Source: Candidatus Bathyarchaeota archaeon (GTDB lineage Archaea > Thermoproteota > Bathyarchaeia > 40CM-2-53-6). Taken from it: DNA of 64,000 nt. Location: positions 576,001 through 640,000 of the forward strand of contig CAVSBL010000002.1 in assembly GCA_963726255.1 (NCBI GenBank), written 5' to 3'. The position numbers were made by a program, and so were the translations under genes. The notes under the pieces were generated by a model that worked only from the letters and a program-made list of their open reading frames with translations, did not search any database and was not told the DNA's origin. Positions 38,745-49,338 of the stretch are shown here, in pieces (positions within the stretch are counted from its first letter, which is position 1; each line of letters opens with the position of its first letter).

Positions 38745-38934
38745 CTTATTGGGTATAGTGCCTAGAGAACTTAATGGTTCCTATGAACGGGCTATCGTTG
38801 CACTCAAATAGTGCATCAGTGTAGTCGGTTTCGGTTATGACGAACGCGAAAAGTAACCGAAGGCTTGCAATACCAAACCCATTCACACTGGGCGGATTCG
38901 TTGTGCTTATAGCCCTGGTGGAAAGTCATTCAGC

Positions 38935-39552
38935 TTGAATAGCGGAGAAACCGAGAATTCTGGCGCTGAGACCCAGAGCCTAGATGCCCAAGCGCTAGGC
39001 TATCTAAAGAAGAAGGGCACCCTAAGCGTCCCGGAACTATACGAGGAGCTCAGAACTGGAAACCCCTCCCTAACCAGATCTGAGACCACGGACTTGGTTT
39101 GGCATCTGGTTGAACAGGAACAGGTTGATGTTAAAGACCAGCCACCCCCAGCCAAATCGCTTTGGGAATATCTGCGATTTTGGGAGCGGAACATTTCCTT
39201 CTACGTGCCATTGGCGATCTCACTAGCGACTGTACTCGTGATCTACATGGTGCCGCCTGAGTTTCCTTGGGTGGTCTCACGTTGGGTGGTTGGCTCAGTG
39301 TTTGTGCTCTTCCTTCCAGGATATGTGACGGTAGAGGCACTCTTCCCGAAGGCGCGTGACTTGGATGGAATCGAGCGTTTCGCGCTGAGTGTTGGGCTTA
39401 GTTTGGCTCTGGTTCCGCTGGTTGGTCTGCTATTGAACTATACTCCATGGGGGATCAGACTGACCCCGATCGTGATCTCGCTGAGCATCCTCACGCTAGG
39501 AATCGCCATGGTCGGATTGGTAAGACAATATAGAATGAAAAGTGATCACTGA
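38935..39552 (+). CDS. DUF1616-type membrane protein with an N-terminal HTH-like segment
   Basis: FVLFLPGY...ALFP...LDGIERFALSVGLSLALVPLVGLLLNYTPWGI. Confidence 0.82.
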   Translation: MNSGETENSGAETQSLDAQALGYLKKKGTLSVPELYEELRTGNPSLTRSETTDLVWHLVEQEQVDVKDQPPPAKSLWEYLRFWERNISFYVPLAISLATVLVIYMVPPEFPWVVSRWVVGSVFVLFLPGYVTVEALFPKARDLDGIERFALSVGLSLALVPLVGLLLNYTPWGIRLTPIVISLSILTLGIAMVGLVRQYRMKSDH

Positions 39553-40605
39553 TTGCAAGATCTTGCACAGGAAAGCGTGGGCGTCCAAGTGAAGGTCAGT
39601 ATAGTTGGTCTGGGAAAGATGGGCTTGCTTCATGCAGGGATTGTCAATTCGCTGTCAGGCGCGACTGTGACCTCCGTATGCGAGAAGGATCTGTTCTTGT
39701 CGGCGGCTGCCAGAGCGATCTTACCGAAGAATGTAGTCGTGTACAGAGATGTCAGAAAGATGATTTCCGAGGAAGATTCAGACGCGGTTTTCGTGACCAC
39801 TCCCATTGACACTCATGTTTCCATAATACATGATTTACTCAAGGCAAAGACGGATCTCAGCGTGTTTGTGGAAAAACCCCTGGCGGTTTCTGACGAGCAA
39901 GCAAGGATTGCATGCGAAGTCACAAAGGGTTCACGAGGAGTGCACATGGTTGGATTCCAGAAGAGGTTCTCGCCAGTCTTTCAGAAAGCGCGGGAACTCC
40001 TGAAAGACACGGTTGAGGCGCCCATATTTTTCAGAGCATACTGTCTTTCTTCCGATGTGCTCCGCGAGGGAAGTGCGTGGCGATCAAAGAAGGGTTCTGG
40101 TGGGGTTCTGCTCGATTCGGCGCCTCACTTGTTGGATATTCTAATATGGTTTTTTGGAGAACCAACCTCCGTCATGGCGGTCAAAAAGCATGTGTACTCG
40201 CGTGCGGTTGAAGACTACGTTCACGCAATCTTTTCATTCGAATCGGGTTTGCAGGGGCACATAGATGCCTGTTGGAGCGTGAGCAATTATCGCCTTCCCG
40301 AATTCCTTCTTGAGATTCATGGAAGAAACGGGATGTTGACTGTAACCGATGATTTCGTCAAGTTTGCCACCGGAAAACAGGCAGGTGAGAAGGGAGGCGG
40401 GCGGGTGTATTACAGACAGTCCTTTCATACGAGAGTGCCTTTTCTCCTAACCGACGCAGAATACACGCTGGAGGACGTTGCTTTTCTAGACGCCATTCGA
40501 ACTCGAACCAAACCAGAAATGAATTTCGTTCAAGCTGCGAAAGTCAACGCCCTAATTGACAGAATTCTTCAGCACAGTGAACAAGGAGGGAGCAGATCAC
40601 GCTGA
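39553..40605 (+). CDS. Gfo/Idh/MocA oxidoreductase
   Basis: VGLGKMG, VTTP..H, VEKPLA, GGVLLD..H. Confidence 0.9.
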   Translation: MQDLAQESVGVQVKVSIVGLGKMGLLHAGIVNSLSGATVTSVCEKDLFLSAAARAILPKNVVVYRDVRKMISEEDSDAVFVTTPIDTHVSIIHDLLKAKTDLSVFVEKPLAVSDEQARIACEVTKGSRGVHMVGFQKRFSPVFQKARELLKDTVEAPIFFRAYCLSSDVLREGSAWRSKKGSGGVLLDSAPHLLDILIWFFGEPTSVMAVKKHVYSRAVEDYVHAIFSFESGLQGHIDACWSVSNYRLPEFLLEIHGRNGMLTVTDDFVKFATGKQAGEKGGGRVYYRQSFHTRVPFLLTDAEYTLEDVAFLDAIRTRTKPEMNFVQAAKVNALIDRILQHSEQGGSRSR

Positions 40606-41498
40606 AAACTCTGCTAATTGGAGACAATAGTTTCATCGGAGTAAGCCACCTGTCGCAGGAAAGAGCAAGAGAAAGAGCAGAAAAGCTCGATGTGAAATCA
40701 CTCGTCGAAATAGTTGAGACCGCTGTCTCATGCGGAGCGACAGGGTACACGTTCTCCACACATCCAGTAAATCTACGGATTTTGAAGGCATTGCAAAATT
40801 CATCGAAAATCAGGGATGAATTTGGCCTGTACCCAGTACTTCCATATGCTCAAGCCTATGTGAGACTTGCAAATGAGAAGGGAATGAGAGGCCTAATCGA
40901 CGACATCCTGTCTAGGCTATCGTTGCCCGACAAAGCGAAAGCCCTCTTCAAAAGTAGTTTCTCTGCGCTTCGACTAGACCCGCTCGGGCTCTTGAAGGCG
41001 TATGTAGACATGGAACTCGCGGGTTACCTCAGTGAGAAACCGGAAAATGCCACGCTTCGGAGTGTGCTGCTCCATGAAGTGGTTACGGATCTCTGCTTGG
41101 GGTTACGAGATGTTCAATTGTTGGATGCTTTTGCTCAGCACATACGAGAAAAGTATCATGCTAGCCCAGGGTTTGTGACCTACAATCTCGTGGGGCTAGT
41201 CGAGCTGCTGCGAAAAGCAGGACTTACCTTAGAAGACATGGTCATCATGACTCCTTTCAATAGTGCCGGATACCAAATGAGTCCCTCGAGGCAATTATGC
41301 GAAACATGTCTGTCAACCTTAGACGAAGCAGATGTCATCGCCATGAGCATCATAGCAGGAGGCTACCTGAAATTTGACGAAGCCTTTGACTACATTCGAA
41401 CATTGCCAAACCTTTCAGGAATAGCTGTTGGGGTTTCATCCAAAGAACATGCAAAAGAAACATTCACGAAGCTCGACGAACTCTTACCTAGAGACTGA
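40602..41498 (+). CDS. Hypothetical TIM-barrel/aldo-keto-reductase-like protein; real start probably CTG 40602
   Basis: Frame stays open upstream of the track start as LKTLLIGDNSFIGVSHLSQERAR; GGAGG upstream; IAMSIIAGG. Confidence 0.7.
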   Translation: MKTLLIGDNSFIGVSHLSQERARERAEKLDVKSLVEIVETAVSCGATGYTFSTHPVNLRILKALQNSSKIRDEFGLYPVLPYAQAYVRLANEKGMRGLIDDILSRLSLPDKAKALFKSSFSALRLDPLGLLKAYVDMELAGYLSEKPENATLRSVLLHEVVTDLCLGLRDVQLLDAFAQHIREKYHASPGFVTYNLVGLVELLRKAGLTLEDMVIMTPFNSAGYQMSPSRQLCETCLSTLDEADVIAMSIIAGGYLKFDEAFDYIRTLPNLSGIAVGVSSKEHAKETFTKLDELLPRD

Positions 41499-41602
41499 AC
41501 CTAACTTGTCGTGTTATCTTTCGGTCGACCTTGCTTAGCAAGATTCTAGGACTATTAATCAACGTAAGCACGCACTAATATTATGGTAGCCCTGAGAATG
41601 TC

Positions 41603-42239
41603 ATGGCGGCAGATTTGGCATATTCATTCGACGCATCATTCTTTCGTATGCTACTTGACCAAAAGAGCATTCAACCTAAACTTATTTTTGTTATTGGGTG
41701 CGGCAGCGCCGCGGACGAAGCATATCACGTTCAGCATGCAACCAACACGTTTGTAATTGGTGTTGATCTTGAGGGTCGTCAAGAGCGTCACAATTCTGAT
41801 GACTTGCAACTATTACGATGCAACGCTGAACAACTACTCTTCCGCAACTCTACCTTCAACGCAATCTACTCTTATCACACGCTTGAACGTGTCAAGGACG
41901 ATCAGACAATGCTCAAAGAGATGCAACGTGTGTTAGCCATAGGAGGTATCGCATATGTTGGGACTCCGAATAAACTGCGGCTAATAGGATACATAGCAGG
42001 AAGAGAACTTGGAGACGATCAGGGATGCCGGAACATTCTTCAGAAACAAGAACATGGAGGACTTGCGCAAGAAGATTCGTCTGCTTTTTTCGAAGGGAGA
42101 CATAGTGGAAGATCACAGAAAGAAGACTGTGGATCGAGTCACGGAGTTGTATTCGTGGGACACGATTGCAGATCATATGGAAAGCGTTTACTTGTCAGTG
42201 TTAAAAGAAGAATCCAGAAGGCTGGATCAGCAAGCCTGA
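41603..42239 (+). pseudogene. Chimera of a class I SAM methyltransferase fragment and a GT4 C-terminal fragment
   Basis: VIGCGS, IGVD, L.F.NSTFN..YS, GTPN up to ~42005; then ETIRDAG...YSWDTIADHMESVY in another frame. Confidence 0.65.
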
Positions 42240-42391
42240 GCGTTGGTCCTCTCAATAGAGAGCCCCTCACCCAGTCATATTCATAATACACCGGCTAAGC
42301 TGGTTCTTCAGATCAGCCTCGTTTTCCTTGACGCTTGTGCTTATATTGTCATTATCAAGAATCCAAAGGACGCTACAAAATGTGGTGATAC

Positions 42392-43348
42392 GTGATGCTA
42401 TTTGAGTCATTTGACGCCAAATCAGTGTTCATAACTGGAGGCACAGGGAGCTTCGGTCATCATATCGTAAGAGAGTTGCTCAAGACAAAAGTGGCGACAA
42501 TTACTATATTCAGCAGAGATGAGGAAAAACAATTGGAAATGAGCAGAGAATTTCCGGATGATCGCATCAAGTTTGTCATAGGTGATGTCAGAGACCGCGA
42601 AAGAGTGTTTGAGGTATTGAATGCAGATTACGTGTACCATGCAGCAGCGCTGAAGATCATTCCGACCTGCGAGGCAAATCCAACTGAGGCGTACAAGACC
42701 AACCTGGTAGGGACGCTGAACGTGCGTGATGCAGCCATCGCCAACAGGGTAAAAAGAGCGATTTTGATCAGCACCGATAAAGCAGTGAAGCCCGTTAATA
42801 CATATGGAATGTCAAAGGCGCTTGGTGAAAAACTCTGGTTGATACACGCTCCGCTGACAGTGTTGACAGTCGTACGGTATGGAAACGTACTCGGATCGAG
42901 AGGGTCGGTGGTCCCCTATTTCACGGAGTTGATCAAGCAAGGAAAGCCTATCCCGGTAACACATCCTTCCATGAGTAGGTTCTTTCTCACCTTACAGGAG
43001 GCCATAGAACTAGTATTCTATGCAACGACGACAGGTTCAGGTGGAGAGGTGTTCGTTAAGAGGAGTCCCGCCTGCAAGATCACCGACCTAGCGATAGCAA
43101 TGGTCGGTTCCGATTACCCGATTACCAACATTGGCATTCGACCTGGAGAGAAAATCGCTGAAGTTCTGATTTCAGAGGAAGAAATCAGAAGAACAGAGGA
43201 GCAGAACGAGTACTACGTTGTCCATCCCTATGATTCGTACCATTCTTCTATGAAAGAGGAATTTACGAGCGATATAGCAAGACAGCTCGACGTAAGTGAA
43301 ATCATTTCCTTGCTAAAGCAAGCTAACCTATTAACACCGCCTAGCTGA
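42392..43348 (+). CDS. UDP-GlcNAc 4,6-dehydratase family (PseB/FnlA/CapD-like)
   Basis: ITGGTGSFG, FSRDEEKQ, HAAALK, STDKAVKPVNTYGMSK, VRYGNVLGSRGSV, GIRPGEK. Confidence 0.9.
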   Translation: MMLFESFDAKSVFITGGTGSFGHHIVRELLKTKVATITIFSRDEEKQLEMSREFPDDRIKFVIGDVRDRERVFEVLNADYVYHAAALKIIPTCEANPTEAYKTNLVGTLNVRDAAIANRVKRAILISTDKAVKPVNTYGMSKALGEKLWLIHAPLTVLTVVRYGNVLGSRGSVVPYFTELIKQGKPIPVTHPSMSRFFLTLQEAIELVFYATTTGSGGEVFVKRSPACKITDLAIAMVGSDYPITNIGIRPGEKIAEVLISEEEIRRTEEQNEYYVVHPYDSYHSSMKEEFTSDIARQLDVSEIISLLKQANLLTPPS

Positions 43349-43470
43349 CTTCAGAATCATATATTATCAACCAATAGCAGCGCAGATAACAGATCGTATG
43401 CGAAATTCTCGGTACTCCATTCTCAAATGAACGCACCACAGATTGGACGCATAGCCAAACATACATACAG

Positions 43471-44220
43471 ATGTCCGTCATGACTGTTCTGATAACAGGA
43501 GGTAACGGCAACCTCGGCCGAGAGCTAATGAAGATCTACCCTACAAGTCTCCATCCTCTTCACAAGCAACTCGACATAACGAGTGAAAAATCGGTATTAG
43601 AATATACGAGCAAGCTGGCTGTAGATAGAGTGATCCACTGCGCAGCGCTTACCAGTATTAGACAATGCGAAGAGAACAGAGAGTGCGCGTATCGAACTAA
43701 CGTTGAAGGAACAAGAAATCTGATTAAAGGGGTTTCCAGATTTAATCCGGACTGCCTATTCGTGTACGTTTCCACTGCTTCAGTATTCTACGGAGATAAA
43801 GAACTCTACACTGAGTTAGATATTCCATACCCCAGAAATTTCTATAACTTGACTAAGCTCTTAGGAGAAATGGCCGTCTCTGAATCGGGTATAGCCAATT
43901 ATCTAGTAATCAGATCGAATTTTGCATCACGTAAGGAATGGCCTTATCCCAAGGCATTCACTGATAGATTTGGAACCTATCTATTTGCAGATGATTTAGC
44001 TCTGGCCATAAGAAAGGTTATCGATGAAGACCTTCGCGGCATCGTTCACGTCTGCGGGAAAGAGAAACTTTCGATGTTCGAATTCGCCAAAATCACCACG
44101 CCTGAGGTGTTGCCCATGACCATGAAGGAATATGTCGGACCTCCGTTACCTATAGACATGAGCCTGAGATCGGTAAGAATCCCGAGTTTCCCACTAACCA
44201 GAAAAATATCGAGGTCATGA
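43471..44220 (+). CDS. RmlD-like NDP-4-keto-sugar reductase
   Basis: ITGGNGNLG, LDIT, IHCAA, YVST, YNLTK..GE. Confidence 0.85.
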   Translation: MSVMTVLITGGNGNLGRELMKIYPTSLHPLHKQLDITSEKSVLEYTSKLAVDRVIHCAALTSIRQCEENRECAYRTNVEGTRNLIKGVSRFNPDCLFVYVSTASVFYGDKELYTELDIPYPRNFYNLTKLLGEMAVSESGIANYLVIRSNFASRKEWPYPKAFTDRFGTYLFADDLALAIRKVIDEDLRGIVHVCGKEKLSMFEFAKITTPEVLPMTMKEYVGPPLPIDMSLRSVRIPSFPLTRKISRS

Positions 44221-44503
44221 AAAAGTGGAAAAACGAAAGTTCGTTTTCACGAATTCATTCAATCCCCCATATCCCTTAGCAGGCGACGCCAATCATGTTC
44301 GATCGGATCTTGCTGAAGAAAAGATTATGTGATTATGATTGGTGGCAACGGCTCTAATCAAATATGTGAGCTTTTTTAGCCGATTCTTACGCTTAAGGTT
44401 CAGGATGCAGACATGGTCTAAGCAAGTCGGATGCTTCAGGCAAATGGCGAATAGAACAATGTGCATTGCGCGAAGCAATCGCGAAGACAGCCTAGAGATG
44501 TGA

Positions 44504-44740
<237 letters not shown>

Positions 44741-44933
44741 ATTGGGGGGGCGTGGTCTCGGAAATGGAAATTGGAGGCACTTGGACTTGGCAGAAAGCAC
44801 TTTTTCGATGTGCTCTGTGTGGGATAATCTTCAAACTCCATCTTGAACAATTCATCGCGCAATCACTCTATTACATAGCGATGCTCTAATCATGCGAGAC
44901 ATGTCTATCCGACATGGATGGGGAAGATTTGAT

Positions 44934-45085
44934 TGCGATGAGCATCTCGCGGGAAACTACTTGCGCTTCGATCAAGCCTTTGACTACATTCGATCATTAC
45001 CAGAGGTTTCAGGTGTGGCAGTCGGTGTTTCTTCCATAGCTCACGCCACGGGCATATTCACGAAACTCAATGTACTCTTAGTTGA
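44934..45085 (+). pseudogene. Remnant paralogous to the 3' end of the 40602 gene
   Basis: YLRFDQAFDYIRSLPEVSGVAVGVSS versus YLKFDEAFDYIRTLPNLSGIAVGVSS. Confidence 0.75.
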
Positions 45086-45106
45086 ACAACATGCAGAGGC
45101 CGGATA

Positions 45107-46288
45107 ATGGACGCGCTCTTAGTATTGATGCTTCTCCTCGTAGGCTTCCCCTTCGTGATCTTCGGTTTCTACGCAATGGTCCTGCTGTATTATGGCAAGA
45201 TTAACCCTGGAAAGAGGGCCAAAGACCATCATGCTAACCCGGTTCATTATACGACTTATGAGCCGACGGTGTCTGTCGTGATTCCAACTCATAATGAACA
45301 AGATGTCATTGCGAAACGCATCGACAACCTCCTTGCGTCCAACTACCCCAAGAGTAAGTTGGGGATTATTCTAGTGGATGACTCCACCGACTCCACGCCC
45401 AAGATTATAGAAGAATACACAAAGAAGTATCCTCAGATTGACTTAGTTCGATTCAATGAGCGCATGGGTTACAGTCCATGCCTTATTGCTGGCTGTAAAG
45501 CAGCGCGTGGAGAGATCGTGGTCTTGGCAGAAGCCAGTTCCCTCATGGATGCAGACGCGATAAGGTACTTGGTCAGCAATTTCGTGGACCCCAGCATTGG
45601 AGTAGTAACCGGGAAAGACATCATCCTCAACGCAAACGAGAAAGCAGGACGATCAGAAGGCTTCTACCTGAAACTGCTTGACTTCGTAAGAAAGGCAGAA
45701 AGTAATATGGATTCGACAATCTATATGAAAGGTGAGGCTGCGGCCGTTAAGCGAGATGTACTCCGCGATCTGAAAGAACTCGAAACATGTCCAGGAACTG
45801 CTGACACTGGAATAGCTATACTAGCAAGAAAAAGGGGATTCAGAGCGATCTACGATCCGCGCGTTCAATTCTTCGAGTACGCTCCATCCACTCACCGTGA
45901 ACGAATTCGCCAAAAAGTCACTCGGGGAGCGAACCTTATGAAAGTATTGTGGGAGTTCAGAAGCATGTTTCTCAACCCTACCTACGGGAAATTTGGCACT
46001 ATCACGTTGCCAATAAGCTTCATGATGCTTGCCATTGTTCCTCTCATGTTGCTTGCAGGAGTCACTGTGCTCGCTCTATTAACAGTCGCTAGCCCTGCCG
46101 TCTACCTTCCCATATGGACTCTTGGAATCTTCCTACTGGTGCCTGCTTTGATATTTTGGAGACCCGCCGTCTACGCAATCTTAGAATCCGAATATAGCCT
46201 TCTCAAAGGCCTGTATGACATCCTCATTTTAGGGAAGAGCCATGATAAGATAGACAAAGTCATGTCGACGCGGAGATTAGGTTCGTAG
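45107..46288 (+). CDS. GT2 membrane glycosyltransferase (CESA/PgaC-like)
   Basis: VSVVIPTHNE, VDDSTD, RQKVTRG (QxxRW-like), flanking TM helices. Confidence 0.82.
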   Translation: MDALLVLMLLLVGFPFVIFGFYAMVLLYYGKINPGKRAKDHHANPVHYTTYEPTVSVVIPTHNEQDVIAKRIDNLLASNYPKSKLGIILVDDSTDSTPKIIEEYTKKYPQIDLVRFNERMGYSPCLIAGCKAARGEIVVLAEASSLMDADAIRYLVSNFVDPSIGVVTGKDIILNANEKAGRSEGFYLKLLDFVRKAESNMDSTIYMKGEAAAVKRDVLRDLKELETCPGTADTGIAILARKRGFRAIYDPRVQFFEYAPSTHRERIRQKVTRGANLMKVLWEFRSMFLNPTYGKFGTITLPISFMMLAIVPLMLLAGVTVLALLTVASPAVYLPIWTLGIFLLVPALIFWRPAVYAILESEYSLLKGLYDILILGKSHDKIDKVMSTRRLGS

Positions 46289-46289
46289 A

Positions 46290-46385
46290 ATGTGGAAAAG
46301 CAGGCCTGTACTGGTCACAGGGAGAGCGTTCTTCATCGGCTGTCATTTACTCGATTCTCTAATTAGGAAAGGGGCGACTGCAAGG
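46290..46385 (+). pseudogene. Eroded epimerase N-terminus
   Basis: MWKSRPVLVTGRAFFIGCHLLDSLIRKGA (GxxGxxG degraded). Confidence 0.55.
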
Positions 46386-46497
46386 ATACCCACGCCCATT
46401 GTTCGCAGTTCCAAAACTCGACTTGGGCTGGAAAGGCAACAACGCAAGTGTTAATTGTCGCACGAAGGCATAAGAAAAATCCGGCTGAGTGTTCTGA

Positions 46498-47454
46498 ATG
46501 AAAATATTCGTTACTGGAGTCACGGGTTTTCTGGCCTACGCCTTGGCATCTGATCTCGCATTAGCTGGACACGACGTGGCCGGTTTGCTGAGAAGGGACT
46601 CGAAGCGCGAGACACAGATATTGGACGAACTGCCGATCTCGTTTTATTTCGGAGACATAAACGATCGGTCCGCCATAGGTTCTGCGCTTGGATCGTTCCG
46701 TCCCGACGTAATTTGTCATCTTGCAGCAAAGACGCGAGTTGCAGAGAGCTTTCATCGCCCATTGGAATATCTCCACGTTAACTTCGACGGAACAGTAAAC
46801 ATTGCAGAGATCGCCAGACAACAATGCCCGGAGTTGAAGAAGTTCATTTTTGCGGGCAGCGTTGAAGAGTATGGCAACCAGCCTGAAAGCAAGTATCCAC
46901 TAGGCGAGGAGTGCGAACTCATGCCAGACGCGCCATATGCCGTGGCCAAAGTCGGGGCTGAGAAGTACTTGGGCTTTCTTTCGAGATCGTACTCTTTCCC
47001 TGCAGTTCTTTTCCGTCAGACCAACTGCTACGGCCGGACCCGAGACACCTTCTTCGTGACCGAGGCTATTGCATCTCAGATGCTAAATTCGGACTCGATC
47101 AAGCTTGGTGATCCCACACCTGTTCGTGATTTTCTGCATGTAAATGATCTTATCGAAGCATACTCGAAGGTCATTGAAAGGGCGGAAGATCCGGCACTCA
47201 ATGGGCAAGTCTTCAACATATCGACTGGTATCGCCACGTCGATTTCTGAACTCGCAGAGCTTTTGGCATCGAAAATCGGCTGGCACGGAAAGATAGTCTG
47301 GAATACAAAAGTTATCCGCCCGGGTGAGGTCAAAAAGATTGTGTGCGACAGCTCGAAGTTCAGGCGTACACTGGGTTGGAAGCCGAAACACGATCTCTCA
47401 TCAGGGCTCGACCTAGTGATCGCGGGCCTGAGAAAAAAGCCTCCAAAAGCATGA
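46498..47454 (+). CDS. NDP-sugar epimerase/dehydratase (GDP-mannose 4,6-dehydratase-like)
   Basis: VTGVTGF, HLAA, SVEEYG, YAVAK, NCYG, RDFLHVND. Confidence 0.88.
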   Translation: MKIFVTGVTGFLAYALASDLALAGHDVAGLLRRDSKRETQILDELPISFYFGDINDRSAIGSALGSFRPDVICHLAAKTRVAESFHRPLEYLHVNFDGTVNIAEIARQQCPELKKFIFAGSVEEYGNQPESKYPLGEECELMPDAPYAVAKVGAEKYLGFLSRSYSFPAVLFRQTNCYGRTRDTFFVTEAIASQMLNSDSIKLGDPTPVRDFLHVNDLIEAYSKVIERAEDPALNGQVFNISTGIATSISELAELLASKIGWHGKIVWNTKVIRPGEVKKIVCDSSKFRRTLGWKPKHDLSSGLDLVIAGLRKKPPKA

Positions 47455-48072
47455 AATATCGGAACGAGCCAGGAGCCGGTTTCGGGAAATGTGTACTCGT
47501 CAGCGACATCTCAGAGAAGCTCAAGACAACCGGAGACGCTTTGACACAACCAAGCCTGGGGGGCAGCCGCTAAAGTTCGCAAACATCTCAAAGGCTAAAG
47601 AAAAAATCGGTTAGAGAAGGCAGTATCGCACTAGGCCTTCTAGGTCTGATAGGTGTTCTCATGTTTCACGCGAAGACCAGGCACATGCTCTTCTCGTTCG
47701 GCCTCTCCCAAATTGTGCTGGTGATCGCATCTGTTCGTTTGCTCGTCGCGAAGTATACCTTCATCAATACAGCGGCATCGACACGCAGACAGTTCTGATC
47801 GGGGGTCTGCAATGCAATAGCCATATTGCTATGGCGATCTACCCAGATCGAGATGAAGGTTCAGCAAACGCATGAGACCGCTCCTGTTTTGTGATTTCGA
47901 TCCTGCTTTTATTAGCGCATCCTTTAAACTTCTGGACAATATAGAAGAACGTGTCTTGATACCAAAGCAGAACTACAGACTCGGGAAATTTCCTTGAGCT
48001 GGCAACGAGATTTCACTCGGTCAGGTAGACGTTTCGCCGAAGGAAATTCTCTGAGCTACACTTATCCATCCG

Positions 48073-49248
48073 ATGACAGCCAAAAGAGTGTCGTCGCGAA
48101 GCGGAATGGAAATGAGAACTAACCGAAACCGTTCGGTGAAATTCCTAGTCGTCTGCGATTATCCACCCTCGTTGCTGGACCAACTGTTTCAGACGCTAGA
48201 ACAGAGCAGACTGGGTGAATACATCTTACTGAGAAAGTTGGTGAAGAGCAGAGTGCATTATCCTTTCACCGAGGTAGTCAACTTACCGCTGATCATGGCT
48301 TCGACATTAAATGAGGGAGACCCTCTCAAGCTCAGTACATGTTTATGGATTATCGCCTACTTAGTAACGGGGATAATTCTTGGAGTAATCTTGGTGCTGA
48401 GGCGTAGAGTGGATGGCATTCTGGGTGTGTTCGCAATTCCTCAGGGTTTAGTTGCTGCAATAGTGGCATGTCTGACTGGTCGCAAATTTGTCATTCTGAC
48501 AGATGGTGCAGATGTAGATGTGATTATGCATAACCCCGTTGTCAGATGTCTCGCTTTATGGCAGCTAGAAAACGCATTCGCAGTTACCGCTGAGAACAAT
48601 CTAAAGTCAGCTCAGCTGCACTCCATGGGAGTGAAGCGCCGCATAATCCGTGTAAGGCCCTACAGCGTCGATACATCACGTTTCGCTCCGGTCGCGCGAA
48701 AGGAAAAGCGAACGATTCTGTTTGTTGGACGGTTGGTACCTGAAAAATGTCCTCTAGTTTTGATTGAAACGCTCAGAATACTTTGTGAGCGAGGCATATC
48801 TGTGAAGCTTGTCATGGTCGGTGACGGACCGCTAAGGACACAGATTGAGATGACAGCGGCTTCTTTAGGGCTAAATGAACTGCTTACTCTGAAGGGTTAC
48901 GTACCTAATACTGAGGTACAAAAATTATACAAGGAAAGTGCGATCTTTGTCCTCCCGTCGCGGCGTGAAGGCATCTCATCTTCACTCTTAGAGGCAATGG
49001 CGAGTGGATGCGTCTGCATAGCATCTGATGTTGGAGGTAACTTGGAATTGATTCGCCCTATGTTCAACGGGTTGATTTTTCATTTAGGTGATGCGAAGGA
49101 CTTGGCCGACCGAATCTGCACTGCTCTCACTCTTCCCGACTCTGAAGTGGCTAAACTTACGTCCAACGCCAGACAGACTGTAGAGAGAACCTATTCAGTG
49201 CAGGTTGTGAGCAAAGTGTTGCGAGAAATACTATCTCAGTTAGCATAG
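48073..49248 (+). CDS. GT4 glycosyltransferase
   Basis: LFVGRL..EK, VGDGP, PSRREG...LEAMASG, SDVGG. Confidence 0.9.
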   Translation: MTAKRVSSRSGMEMRTNRNRSVKFLVVCDYPPSLLDQLFQTLEQSRLGEYILLRKLVKSRVHYPFTEVVNLPLIMASTLNEGDPLKLSTCLWIIAYLVTGIILGVILVLRRRVDGILGVFAIPQGLVAAIVACLTGRKFVILTDGADVDVIMHNPVVRCLALWQLENAFAVTAENNLKSAQLHSMGVKRRIIRVRPYSVDTSRFAPVARKEKRTILFVGRLVPEKCPLVLIETLRILCERGISVKLVMVGDGPLRTQIEMTAASLGLNELLTLKGYVPNTEVQKLYKESAIFVLPSRREGISSSLLEAMASGCVCIASDVGGNLELIRPMFNGLIFHLGDAKDLADRICTALTLPDSEVAKLTSNARQTVERTYSVQVVSKVLREILSQLA

Positions 49249-49338
49249 ACCTCTGAACCGCTTATAAGACAGGATTATCCTCTCGATATTGACTGACGAT
49301 CGGAACTGATATACAGACATGTTTTTCGCCAACCGAAC

